64,000 bases of DNA from positions 1-64,000 of the forward strand of contig JAZQAZ010000030.1 in assembly GCA_045545475.1 (NCBI GenBank). Reading direction: 5' to 3'. Shown here piece after piece: positions 18,639 to 27,225 of this stretch. Origin of the DNA: Clostridia bacterium (GTDB lineage Bacteria; Bacillota; Clostridia; CAKSNL01; HGM11501). The notes beneath the pieces are model-generated. The model was not told where the DNA came from, made no database searches, and was given only the letters and a program-made list of their open reading frames with translations. Made by a program: the position numbers and the translations under genes. Numbering within the stretch: position 1 is the stretch's first letter; each line of letters begins with the position of its first letter.

Positions 18639-20154
18639 ATTTTGTTGTAACTTCAATAATTCCGTTATTATTTGCTACCTTTGCACCGTTACCGAAAAGA
18701 AGATTGAAAATATCTTCTCCAACATAGGTCAAATCGTTTACGATTACAGGCAAAACGCTTGCTTCTCTTGCCATTGTCAAAGCTTCGCCTATTTTAACAA
18801 GATGAACCGCCTCACCTTTCTTAAGCTCGATGCTTCGCTCTTCATTGTTCCATGTTACCTCATAACCAAGACCTTCAGCAAGTGCTCTTAAGGGATATTT
18901 TGCTTCATTTTCTCCGAAGTTAAAAGAAACGCCGAATTCTTCTCCGTTAACAACTATTGAGGAAACATCTGTCTTTACAGGGGCAAGATTTAATACCGCT
19001 ATTTTTTCTGCAGGAACATGAGCAGGAAGGCTCATACCAACCGAAGATGCGAATACCACGATTTCAGAACCCTCTGTAATGTCGGAAGCTTTAAGAATCA
19101 TTCTGATTTTGTGTGCGATAACGGGAGTTGCCTCCTCATACACAATGCGGTTTGCGCCGTCGGCAGACATTATTACTCCGTTTTCATTTGAGTCAACAAC
19201 TGCATAGATAGGTGCAGAAATGGAATTTTCGGTGTTTACGAAAATATAGTATGCAGCAGCTTGCGGAGGAAGGCTCATTGTTGTTGCACTTCCGGCAACA
19301 ACAGTAATAGTATCCCCTACTTTTAATTCCACAGGATTTAAGTTATAGTCGCAAATGTAGGTTTCTTCTGCAATATTAAACTGTTCGTTTCCGTCATTAA
19401 TCTGAATGTAGCCTTCTCCGATTTCAGAAATTATTCCGCTTACGGTTACCTTTTCAGGCATTGTTTCAACGACTTCTGCAGGCTCATTCGCTTCCGCAAG
19501 TGTAAGCACTGCAATTTTCTCTGCAGGAACATGTGCAGGCTCACTCGCTCCTATGGTTGTTGCAAACACTAAGATTTCAGAGCCGGGTGTAATATCACCA
19601 CCTTTTAATATAATTCTGATTCTGTGTGCAGTAACTTCTGTTTTTTCATTATATACTATGCTGTATGCTCCGTCAGCAGACATTATTACCCCGTCTGTGT
19701 TGGTGTCAACAATTGCATAGAGAGGTGCCGCCTGTGTATTTTCTGTATTTACTAAAATGTTGTATGCCGCAACCTGGGGAGGAAGACTTCTTGTCATCAT
19801 GCTGGATGCAAGAACACTTACAGAATCACCTTTCTTTATTTCCACAGGATTTAAGCTGTAGTCGGAAACATAAGTCTCGGGTGCTATGTTGATTCTAAGA
19901 TTTCCGTCATTTAAGAGTATGTATTCTTCCGTAACTTCCGATACCACACCGTGGTGCATTTCTTTTTCGGGAATTTCTGCTTTCACTTCTTCATCACCTT
20001 CTATGGGCATCTGAGCATAAGGATCGTCAATATCATCTATGAGCATAGTATCATAATTTGCTCCAACCTCTCCGGTCGCCTCTGTGTTTGCACTTACGGT
20101 AAATACTCCGATTACCATAAGCATTGCCAATACGGCACTTAAAAATTTCTTCAT
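18637..20154 (-). CDS. secreted protein with internal duplication and a C-terminal copper-amine-oxidase-N-like domain
   Basis: Signal peptide; two ~160-aa repeats with SLPPQ motif; PLRALAEGLGYEVTWN. Confidence 0.7.
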   Translation of the reverse strand: MKKFLSAVLAMLMVIGVFTVSANTEATGEVGANYDTMLIDDIDDPYAQMPIEGDEEVKAEIPEKEMHHGVVSEVTEEYILLNDGNLRINIAPETYVSDYSLNPVEIKKGDSVSVLASSMMTRSLPPQVAAYNILVNTENTQAAPLYAIVDTNTDGVIMSADGAYSIVYNEKTEVTAHRIRIILKGGDITPGSEILVFATTIGASEPAHVPAEKIAVLTLAEANEPAEVVETMPEKVTVSGIISEIGEGYIQINDGNEQFNIAEETYICDYNLNPVELKVGDTITVVAGSATTMSLPPQAAAYYIFVNTENSISAPIYAVVDSNENGVIMSADGANRIVYEEATPVIAHKIRMILKASDITEGSEIVVFASSVGMSLPAHVPAEKIAVLNLAPVKTDVSSIVVNGEEFGVSFNFGENEAKYPLRALAEGLGYEVTWNNEERSIELKKGEAVHLVKIGEALTMAREASVLPVIVNDLTYVGEDIFNLLFGNGAKVANNNGIIEVTTK

Positions 20155-20374
20155 GTTTAATTCTCCTTTATATTGGTTTTCAATTTTAGTTTTAAGCCTT
20201 GGGGAGTCCGGACCCGCCAGGCTTAAGAGCCCTTTCTGTACATAATACAGTTTAAGATACGAAAAGGTTGCAAAAAAATAAAAAATATTTTCTCTTCATT
20301 ATATACATTAGCATTTATCTTGCATTTTTTCAATACCCGTGTGGTTAAATGCATAATTTTTCTTTAATACCCCC

Positions 20375-20403
20375 TTGACATATCCGTTTTACAGGGTTAT
20401 AAT
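20375..20403 (+). promoter_or_regulatory. consensus sigma-A promoter of argF
   Basis: TTGACA-17 bp-TATAAT. Confidence 0.85.
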
Positions 20404-20424
20404 ATACAAATATACAAGTCATTT

Positions 20425-20438
20425 TGCATATTTATGCA
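20425..20438 (+). promoter_or_regulatory. ARG box (ArgR operator)
   Basis: TGCATATTTATGCA palindrome just downstream of the argF promoter. Confidence 0.7.
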
Positions 20439-20454
20439 GAAAAGGAGAGTAAAC

Positions 20455-21447
20455 ATGAGTGAAATAAACTTAAAAGGCAAAAGCTTTTTAAAGCTTCTTG
20501 ATTTTTCGGCAGAGGAAATTTCTTATCTCATAGATTTGGCTGCTGACCTTAAGGCAAAGAAAAAGGCGGGCATTCCCCACAAGCTGTGCGAAGGAAAAAA
20601 TATTGCCCTTATATTTGAAAAGACCAGCACAAGAACACGTTGTGCCTTCGAGGTTGCCGCAAGTGACCTCGGCATGGCATCCACTTATCTGGATCCCACA
20701 GGTTCACAGATAGGAAAAAAGGAAAGTCTTCCCGATACCGCAAGGGTACTTGGCAGAATGTATGACGGTATCGAATACCGCGGTTATGGCCAGGAAATCG
20801 TTCAGTCTCTTTCCGATTATGCAGGTGTTCCGGTGTGGAACGGTCTTACAAACGAATTCCATCCCACCCAGATTTTAGCTGACTTTTTAACCATAAAGGA
20901 GCATTTTGGCTCTCTTTCCGGAAAAAAGCTGGTTTATATGGGTGATGCACGCTATAACATGGGAAATTCATTAATGGTTGGATGTGCAAAAATGGGCATG
21001 CACTTTGTTGCCTGCACCAATAAAAAATATTTCCCCGATGAATCTTTGGTTGAAACCTGCAAAAAAATTGCAGTAGAATCCGGCGCTGTCCTTGAGTTTA
21101 TTGAGAATCCTATAGAAGCCACAAAAAACGCCGATGTAATATACACAGATGTGTGGGTTTCCATGGGCGAGCCAGCAGAGGTATGGAAGGAAAGAATTGA
21201 AGACCTTTCCCCCTACAGCGTTACAAAGGAAATTATGGATAATGCAGGCAGTAAGTGCCGCTTTATGCACTGCCTCCCCGCTTTCCACGATTTAAATACT
21301 GTAATCGGCAAGGAAATTTATGAAAAGTTCGGTCTTACTTCAATGGAAGTAACCGATGAAGTATTTGAAAGCGAAGCTTCCATTGTGTTTGACGAGGCAG
21401 AAAACAGAATGCATACCATAAAGGCAGTAATGGCAGCCACATTGTGA
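20455..21447 (+). CDS. argF: ornithine carbamoyltransferase
   Basis: [21 protein letters not shown] and HCLP motifs. Confidence 0.95.
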   Translation: MSEINLKGKSFLKLLDFSAEEISYLIDLAADLKAKKKAGIPHKLCEGKNIALIFEKTSTRTRCAFEVAASDLGMASTYLDPTGSQIGKKESLPDTARVLGRMYDGIEYRGYGQEIVQSLSDYAGVPVWNGLTNEFHPTQILADFLTIKEHFGSLSGKKLVYMGDARYNMGNSLMVGCAKMGMHFVACTNKKYFPDESLVETCKKIAVESGAVLEFIENPIEATKNADVIYTDVWVSMGEPAEVWKERIEDLSPYSVTKEIMDNAGSKCRFMHCLPAFHDLNTVIGKEIYEKFGLTSMEVTDEVFESEASIVFDEAENRMHTIKAVMAATL

Positions 21448-21464
21448 GAGAATGTTAAAACAAC

Positions 21465-21491
21465 AAAAATGACCGCATTGCGGTCATTTTT
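21465..21491 (+). terminator. intrinsic terminator after argF
   Basis: AAAAATGACCGC-ATT-GCGGTCATTTTT. Confidence 0.75.
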
Positions 21492-21569
21492 TATTTACAT
21501 ATATTTCACAATAACTTGCTTGACTTTCCCTCTTTAATATATTATCATTAAAGTATAGAGGTGATTTAA

Positions 21570-22265
21570 TTGCAAAGTTCAAAAGATTTCACTCATTTGC
21601 AGGAGGTAATACTTTCCTTTTTCCAGAAAACGCCCCCGGCTGAAAAGCTGAGAGAATATGTTGCCGGCTACAACAAGCTGATGGCATATTACAAATGTGC
21701 AATGATGGAAATTGAAACAAAATTAAATGTATTAAATGAACAGTTTTCCCTTCAGTATGACAGAAATCCCATTAACAGCATAAAAACAAGGCTTAAAAGC
21801 CCCGACAGTATCAAAAATAAATTAACCGGAAGAAATCTTCCTGTCACTCTTACCTCCATCGAGGAAAACCTTCACGACGTGGCAGGTGTAAGAGTTGTAT
21901 GTACCTTTCCCCAGGATGTTTATACCATTAAAAATGCACTCCTGGCTCAGGACGATATAACCCTTTTAGAAGAAAAGGACTATATCAAAAATCCCAAGCC
22001 CAACGGCTACAGAAGCCTTCATTTAATTATATCAGTCCCGATATTCCTGCTTCATGAAAAAAGATTTATGAAGGTGGAAATTCAGCTTCGTACCATAGCA
22101 ATGGATTCCTGGGCTTCCTTGGAACATCAGCTTAAGTATAAAAAAGATGTGGAATTCACCGAGGAAATGTCACAAAATCTTCTCCTCTGTGCCCAGATGA
22201 GTGCCGAGCTTGATGCAAGAATGGATTTCTTGCGTAACTGTGTCGGCGAAAAAGAAAACATATAA
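21570..22265 (+). CDS. small alarmone (p)ppGpp synthetase (RelP/RelQ/YwaC-like)
   Basis: RLKSP, DVAGVRV, KPNGYRSLH, VEIQLRT, WASLEH. Confidence 0.9.
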   Translation: MQSSKDFTHLQEVILSFFQKTPPAEKLREYVAGYNKLMAYYKCAMMEIETKLNVLNEQFSLQYDRNPINSIKTRLKSPDSIKNKLTGRNLPVTLTSIEENLHDVAGVRVVCTFPQDVYTIKNALLAQDDITLLEEKDYIKNPKPNGYRSLHLIISVPIFLLHEKRFMKVEIQLRTIAMDSWASLEHQLKYKKDVEFTEEMSQNLLLCAQMSAELDARMDFLRNCVGEKENI

Positions 22266-22301
22266 AAAGTTCTCTGCGGATTTTGCCGCAGAGAACTTTT
22301 T
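22264..22301. terminator. intrinsic terminator whose right arm is duplicated at 22929-22945
   Basis: AAAAAGTTCTCTGCGG-ATTTTG-CCGCAGAGAACTTTTT. Confidence 0.8.
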
Positions 22302-22368
22302 TCTATTCGATAAATCGGAATCTCAGGCTTTTGCATTTCAACACCTCTGCAAATTTTGATTTATCGCC

Positions 22369-22905
22369 CTATTCTTCGATGTATAATTCGTCGCAGTACC
22401 AACGTGTCGGGTTTTCTTGAATGTATTTTACGATTTCATCATAATCTTCGCGGCTGCGAATTACATGCTCATAAAAAGATGTCTGGAATAATTTTTCTGC
22501 CATTCCAACCTTTTTGCATTCTCTCGTTGTCAGCGATTTATACGCACAAATCGCATCCATAATCGTAGGGCGGGGGCTTGCTCCCGCCGCATCTCCATCT
22601 AAAACCAAAATAATGTGAATGTGATTTGGCATAATTACATATCTGTCAACCGAAAGACAAGGATAGCGGTCTTTAAGTAATAATAATTGCTCCTCCGCAA
22701 TCTTTCCAAACGCAGTATACTCGATTCCGTCTGTTTCGGCGGGAGCAAGCCCCCGCCCTACAATGCGAGATAATGCACACCGTCTGTTTTGCGTACATAT
22801 CGTTACAAAATATGCACCTGGAGAGCTATAATCATAATGATCAAGTCGCGGATGCTTCCTTTCAGGCAATTCTTTTTTGTTACACATTTTCATCACTCTT
22901 CCCAT
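22369..22905 (-). CDS. REP-associated tyrosine transposase (RAYT, IS200-like Y1 HUH)
   Basis: YFVTICT, MPNHIH (HUH), FYEHVIR, YIQENP catalytic Tyr. Confidence 0.9.
   Translation of the reverse strand: MGRVMKMCNKKELPERKHPRLDHYDYSSPGAYFVTICTQNRRCALSRIVGRGLAPAETDGIEYTAFGKIAEEQLLLLKDRYPCLSVDRYVIMPNHIHIILVLDGDAAGASPRPTIMDAICAYKSLTTRECKKVGMAEKLFQTSFYEHVIRSREDYDEIVKYIQENPTRWYCDELYIEE
22565..22761. repeat. pair of inverted 25-bp GTAG-type REP sequences inside the RAYT ORF
   Basis: GTAGGGCGGGGGCTTGCTCCCGCCG at 22565-22589 and its exact reverse complement at 22737-22761. Confidence 0.9.
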
Positions 22906-22944
22906 TATGCCGCAAATCGGCAGAGAAAGCCGCAGAGAACTTTT

Positions 22945-23580
22945 TCATTTTATAGGTTCAAAATCCGCTGCTCCGTGCTTGCATAAGGGGCAGACAAAAT
23001 CTTCCGGAAGAGTCTCTCCCTCATAGACATAACCGCAGATTTTGCAGACAAAGCCTTTTTTCTTCGCCTCAGGCTTCGGCTTCACATTGGCATGATAATA
23101 GGCATAAGTCATTGATGGCTCATCTGAAATAACGTGAGCTTCCGTCACCGAACAGATGAAAAGACCATGTGAGCCCATATCGGAAAAATCGTCCACAGAA
23201 AGGGAAATAACGGAATTAATGTTATCCCTTAAACACATAAGGCCGTTTTTTGTTCTCCAGGCATCAATATCAGAAAACTTGTCGGCATCCTTACCGCTCT
23301 GAAATCCGAAGTTTTTAATAAGGGAAAACGGTGCACTTTCAGTAAGACAGCAGACATTCATTTTTCCCGTTTCTTTTATTGTGGCATAAGAATAATTTGC
23401 CTTGTTGATTGACACGGCAATTTTCAACGGCTTTTCAGCAACCTGTGTTACAGTATTAACAATAAGTCCGTTATCCTTTTTACCGTCATTTGTGGTTATC
23501 ACGTATAATCCGTAACCTATTTTGAAAAGGGCGGTATTATCAATGGACTCTATCATATTAACATTCATTTCCATATTCAT
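22945..23580 (-). CDS. flavin reductase-like protein with C-terminal rubredoxin domain
   Basis: GLYVIT, FGFQSG, GSHGLF; CKICG...CPLC. Confidence 0.9.
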   Translation of the reverse strand: MNMEMNVNMIESIDNTALFKIGYGLYVITTNDGKKDNGLIVNTVTQVAEKPLKIAVSINKANYSYATIKETGKMNVCCLTESAPFSLIKNFGFQSGKDADKFSDIDAWRTKNGLMCLRDNINSVISLSVDDFSDMGSHGLFICSVTEAHVISDEPSMTYAYYHANVKPKPEAKKKGFVCKICGYVYEGETLPEDFVCPLCKHGAADFEPIK

Positions 23581-24372
23581 TCACCTCGTAAGTTCGTCGG
23601 TTATAGCCCTGATATTTTCATAGATAAATTCAGGCTTGATTTCGCTTTCTTCAACATCCTTCATTGTACCTTCGCCGCTTAAAACAAATACGGTGGAAAT
23701 TCCCGCCGCAACGCCGCAGGCAATGTCGGTATAAAGTCTGTCGCCGAAAAGGGCTGTTTCTTCCTTGCCGTAGCCTGTCTTCTCCATAGCCAAAAGTGCC
23801 ATTGTAGGCTCGGGCTTACCGATAAAGATGGGGCTTCTTCCCGTTGCCTTATTAAGCATCCAGCTAACCGAGCCGCAGTCGGGCACATAACCGTACCATG
23901 TTGGGCAAACCCAGTCGGGATTGGTGGCGATATAGTCAACGCCTCTATTTAACAATATGCAGGCGTCCTCCAGTTTCTGAAAGGCAAGCTCTGTATCAAA
24001 TCCCATACAAAGGCAGTCAATGCCATCTTCAAGCTTGTCTGTTATGGGAAGTCCTGCCGTGCGGAGCTGTTCCTTAAAAGAAGTTGTTCCGAAGGCGTAA
24101 ATCTTTTTGTAAGTCTTCTTTTTAAGATATAAAATTGTGGCATCGGTGGAGGTTAAAAAGTCATCAGCCGTTGCAGTTATTCCAAGTGACGCCAGCTTCT
24201 CTATATATTTATCCACACTTTTTGAAGAATTATTAGTAAGAAAAATATATCTTCCGCCAATTTTCTTTACATATGAAAGAAAATCCAGCGTTCCGTCAAA
24301 AAGATCGTTATCAAGATAAATCGTTCCGTCCATATCAAGAAGGAAAAGTTTTTTGTTTTTAAGTGTTCCCAT
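23581..24372 (-). CDS. HAD-IIA (NagD-like) hydrolase
   Basis: DMDGT, LTNNS, ATNPD, GKP, GDRLYTDI. Confidence 0.9.
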   Translation of the reverse strand: MGTLKNKKLFLLDMDGTIYLDNDLFDGTLDFLSYVKKIGGRYIFLTNNSSKSVDKYIEKLASLGITATADDFLTSTDATILYLKKKTYKKIYAFGTTSFKEQLRTAGLPITDKLEDGIDCLCMGFDTELAFQKLEDACILLNRGVDYIATNPDWVCPTWYGYVPDCGSVSWMLNKATGRSPIFIGKPEPTMALLAMEKTGYGKEETALFGDRLYTDIACGVAAGISTVFVLSGEGTMKDVEESEIKPEFIYENIRAITDELTR

Positions 24373-24384
24373 AGTGTTTCTCCT

Positions 24385-25260
24385 TTAGTCCAATTTTTTC
24401 CACAGCATTTTATTCTCCGAAAATTCAAATCCGATTTTTCCCGAATCGTGAAGATAGGATAAGTAGGATTTTACGGTGCTTCCCGAAAGCACATACTGAC
24501 TTGCGTTAAGGCTCAAGCTGTAGGAGTCAAAAAGCTCTTTAAGTATTTCTTCAAAGGTTTTTGCTTCCTTGCATATATCGTATATCTTTTCGGCAATTTC
24601 CAGCACCTTGTCACGGTTTATTTTAACCAAGTCCTTTATATCCTCCGTCGCCTCGGCGTGGGAGGGTATGAAAAGCTTTCCTTCAAGGGTTTCAAGATAG
24701 CTGAGAGTTTCTAAAAACGCCTTTATGTCATACATAAAGGAAATGTGGTATTTCGTTACAGTTTCCGCACCGAAAAGGGAATCTGCCAGAAAATACACAT
24801 CATCGTCGGTTTTTATGCCTATCATATCGAAAAAGTGTCCCTTTAAGGAAATCACACTGAGTCCTTCGGGGAGATTCCCTTCAATTGGCGTAACAACCGA
24901 CTCCTGTGCCAGCAGAAACTTTGTGCGAAGGTCGGAAAAAGGATAACCACCGTATAAGAAAGAGGGTTCCAAAACCGGATGCTCCGTAAAGTCCTTTTCT
25001 ATGCCCGATGCAAAAACCGGGCAAGCGGTTCTTTCCTGAATAAGATGGTTTCCGCCGATATGGTCGGCATTGGAGTGGGTTGAAATTATTCCCGCAACCT
25101 TAAGCCCCTCGGCATCAAGTATCTTTAATATTTTCTTTCCCGCATCCTTATCGTTTCCCGTATCGATTAAGTAAACGCTGTCCTCCGTCACCTTATAAAC
25201 TCCGATATTAACGGCGTTTTTTATATAATAGGTCTTTTCGCCTACTTTTATTAGCTCCAT
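24385..25260 (-). CDS. MBL-fold metallo-hydrolase
   Basis: LIDTG, THSNADHIGG, PSH. Confidence 0.85.
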   Translation of the reverse strand: MELIKVGEKTYYIKNAVNIGVYKVTEDSVYLIDTGNDKDAGKKILKILDAEGLKVAGIISTHSNADHIGGNHLIQERTACPVFASGIEKDFTEHPVLEPSFLYGGYPFSDLRTKFLLAQESVVTPIEGNLPEGLSVISLKGHFFDMIGIKTDDDVYFLADSLFGAETVTKYHISFMYDIKAFLETLSYLETLEGKLFIPSHAEATEDIKDLVKINRDKVLEIAEKIYDICKEAKTFEEILKELFDSYSLSLNASQYVLSGSTVKSYLSYLHDSGKIGFEFSENKMLWKKLD

Positions 25261-25410
25261 AATATGCCTCCATAGAACATGTTTTTATAATTCTACCACA
25301 AAAGTATAAAAAAGTCCACTAAATCATAAAAAACTATTAAAAAGCTGGAGAGTTATTCGTCTTAAACCAAAAGTTATTCGTTATAAATATTTTTAAGACG
25401 AATAACTAAA

Positions 25411-25439
25411 AAAATCCACGACCATTGGTCGTGGATTTT
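25411..25439 (-). terminator. rplM-rpsI terminator
   Basis: AAAATCCACGACC-ATT-GGTCGTGGATTTT with T-tract on the minus strand. Confidence 0.8.
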
Positions 25440-25462
25440 CCCTGTGCCCAATAGGGCAATAA

Positions 25463-25858
25463 TTATCTCTTTGAGAACTGGGGTGCGCGACGAGCTGCCT
25501 TTAAGCCGTACTTCTTTCTTTCCTTCATTCTGGGGTCTCTTGTTAAGAAACCTGCAGCCTTGAGGATTGCTCTGTAAGAATCTTCAACTTTAAGTAAAGC
25601 TCTTGCTACATCGTGACGGATTGCGCCTGCCTGACCGGAAACGCCACCGCCTGTTACTGTGCAAAGAACGTCAAACTTGCCGATTGTGCTTGTAGCATTT
25701 AAAGGCTGGCGAACGATAACCTTTAATGTTTCAAGTCCGAAATAATCGTCGATATCTCTACCGTTGATTACAACTTTACCTGTGCCGGGTACAAGTCTTA
25801 CTCTGGCAACAGATTCTTTTCTTCTACCTGTTCCGTAGAACATTGTCTTATCTGCCAT
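25463..25858 (-). CDS. rpsI: 30S ribosomal protein S9
   Basis: [31 protein letters not shown]. Confidence 0.98.
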   Translation of the reverse strand: MADKTMFYGTGRRKESVARVRLVPGTGKVVINGRDIDDYFGLETLKVIVRQPLNATSTIGKFDVLCTVTGGGVSGQAGAIRHDVARALLKVEDSYRAILKAAGFLTRDPRMKERKKYGLKAARRAPQFSKR

Positions 25859-25875
25859 TATCGTTTACCTCCTTC

Positions 25876-26313
25876 TTATTTAATCTCGCCTGTCCATGCT
25901 TCGGGCTTCTGAGCTGCGTGTGCATGGTCAGCATCTTTGTAAACTCTGAGTCTTGTGAGTTCCTGTGCACCAAGAGTGTTGTGAGGAAGCATACCCTTTA
26001 CTGCAAGGAACATAGCCTGCTCGGGCTTGTTTGCCATCATAATCTTGGCCTGGGTCTCCTTAAGACCGCCTACCCAACCTGAGTGTCTTCTGTAATACTT
26101 CTGCTCCATCTTCTTACCGGTAAGAACAGCGTCCTTACAGTTGATGATGATAACATGATCGCCACAATCTACATTAGGAGTAAATGTGGGCTTAATTTTG
26201 CCTCTGAGAATGCTGGCAGCAAGTGCAGCTGTACGGCCAAGGGGCTTTCCTGCAGCATCAATGATGTACCATTTTCTCTCAACGGCAGAGCTGTTTTCAA
26301 GATATGTGCTCAT
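25876..26313 (-). CDS. rplM: 50S ribosomal protein L13
   Basis: WYIIDA, LRGKIKP.FTP, VKGMLP, HAAQKP. Confidence 0.98.
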   Translation of the reverse strand: MSTYLENSSAVERKWYIIDAAGKPLGRTAALAASILRGKIKPTFTPNVDCGDHVIIINCKDAVLTGKKMEQKYYRRHSGWVGGLKETQAKIMMANKPEQAMFLAVKGMLPHNTLGAQELTRLRVYKDADHAHAAQKPEAWTGEIK

Positions 26314-26558
26314 AAAAAAATACCTCCGTTCATTTTTTCAACATTTGCTATTGTAATATATTATTTCCAATTTGTCAACAACTTTTTTCTATTTTTTCAA
26401 TTTGCATTTTTCTATCTCGTTTTTTCTCTCGTTTTCTCTTGTTTTCTCGTTTTTTCTCGTTTTCAATTTTCACTTGCCAAAAGCTTTTTTTTGTTATATT
26501 ATATAATAAAGCCAAGAGGGAACACACTTCCCACAGGGCGTAAAAGTGAGTGATTTTT

Positions 26559-27203
26559 ATGAAAAGAGACTATAGCACCGTGATATTCGACCTTGACGGA
26601 ACACTGATCGATTCCATGTCCGCTTGGGAGGATGTTGATACAAAGTGGCTTATTATGCACGGCATAACACCAACACGTGAAATACTTGATAAATTCAAAA
26701 CCATGGAATTTTCCGATGCGGCAATTTATGCCCAAAGAGAACTTGGCGTAAAAGAAAGTGCCGAAGTTCTTTTCTCGGAGTGGACAAGCCTTGTTTTCGA
26801 GGCATATTCTTTTCATATTCCCCTAAAACCCTTTGCAAAAGAAATTTTAGAGAAATATAAAAAGGAAGGAAAAAAAATCCTTCTTGCCACCTCCTGTCGT
26901 AAAGAATGTTGCTATGCCTCACTTAATAATCTTAAAATTGAAGAATATTTCGACCACATCATATTCACCGAAGATGTTGGACGTGGAAAGGCCTACCCAG
27001 ACATTTATTTAAGATGTGCCGAAATATCAGGCGAAAAATGCGAAAACTGCCTTGTTTTTGACGATATTTACGATGCACTTAAAAGTGCTCACAAAGCAGG
27101 GATGGACTTTTGCACGGTTTTTGATAAGGCAACAAGTCATCCCCTCTCTTCAATGAAGGAAGAATCAGAATATTTTATCGAAAGCTTTTCAGAGCTTTTA
27201 TAA
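26559..27203 (+). CDS. HAD-IA family phosphatase
   Basis: FDLDGTLIDS, GKAYPDIY, VFDD. Confidence 0.85.
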   Translation: MKRDYSTVIFDLDGTLIDSMSAWEDVDTKWLIMHGITPTREILDKFKTMEFSDAAIYAQRELGVKESAEVLFSEWTSLVFEAYSFHIPLKPFAKEILEKYKKEGKKILLATSCRKECCYASLNNLKIEEYFDHIIFTEDVGRGKAYPDIYLRCAEISGEKCENCLVFDDIYDALKSAHKAGMDFCTVFDKATSHPLSSMKEESEYFIESFSELL

Positions 27204-27225
27204 CCATATATAAAGGAAGAAATTT

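Larger units (their letters stand above)
22285..22945 (-). mobile_element. RAYT cassette bounded by 17-bp direct repeats
   Basis: GCCGCAGAGAACTTTTT at 22285-22301 and 22929-22945 flanking a Y1 transposase gene. Confidence 0.65.
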
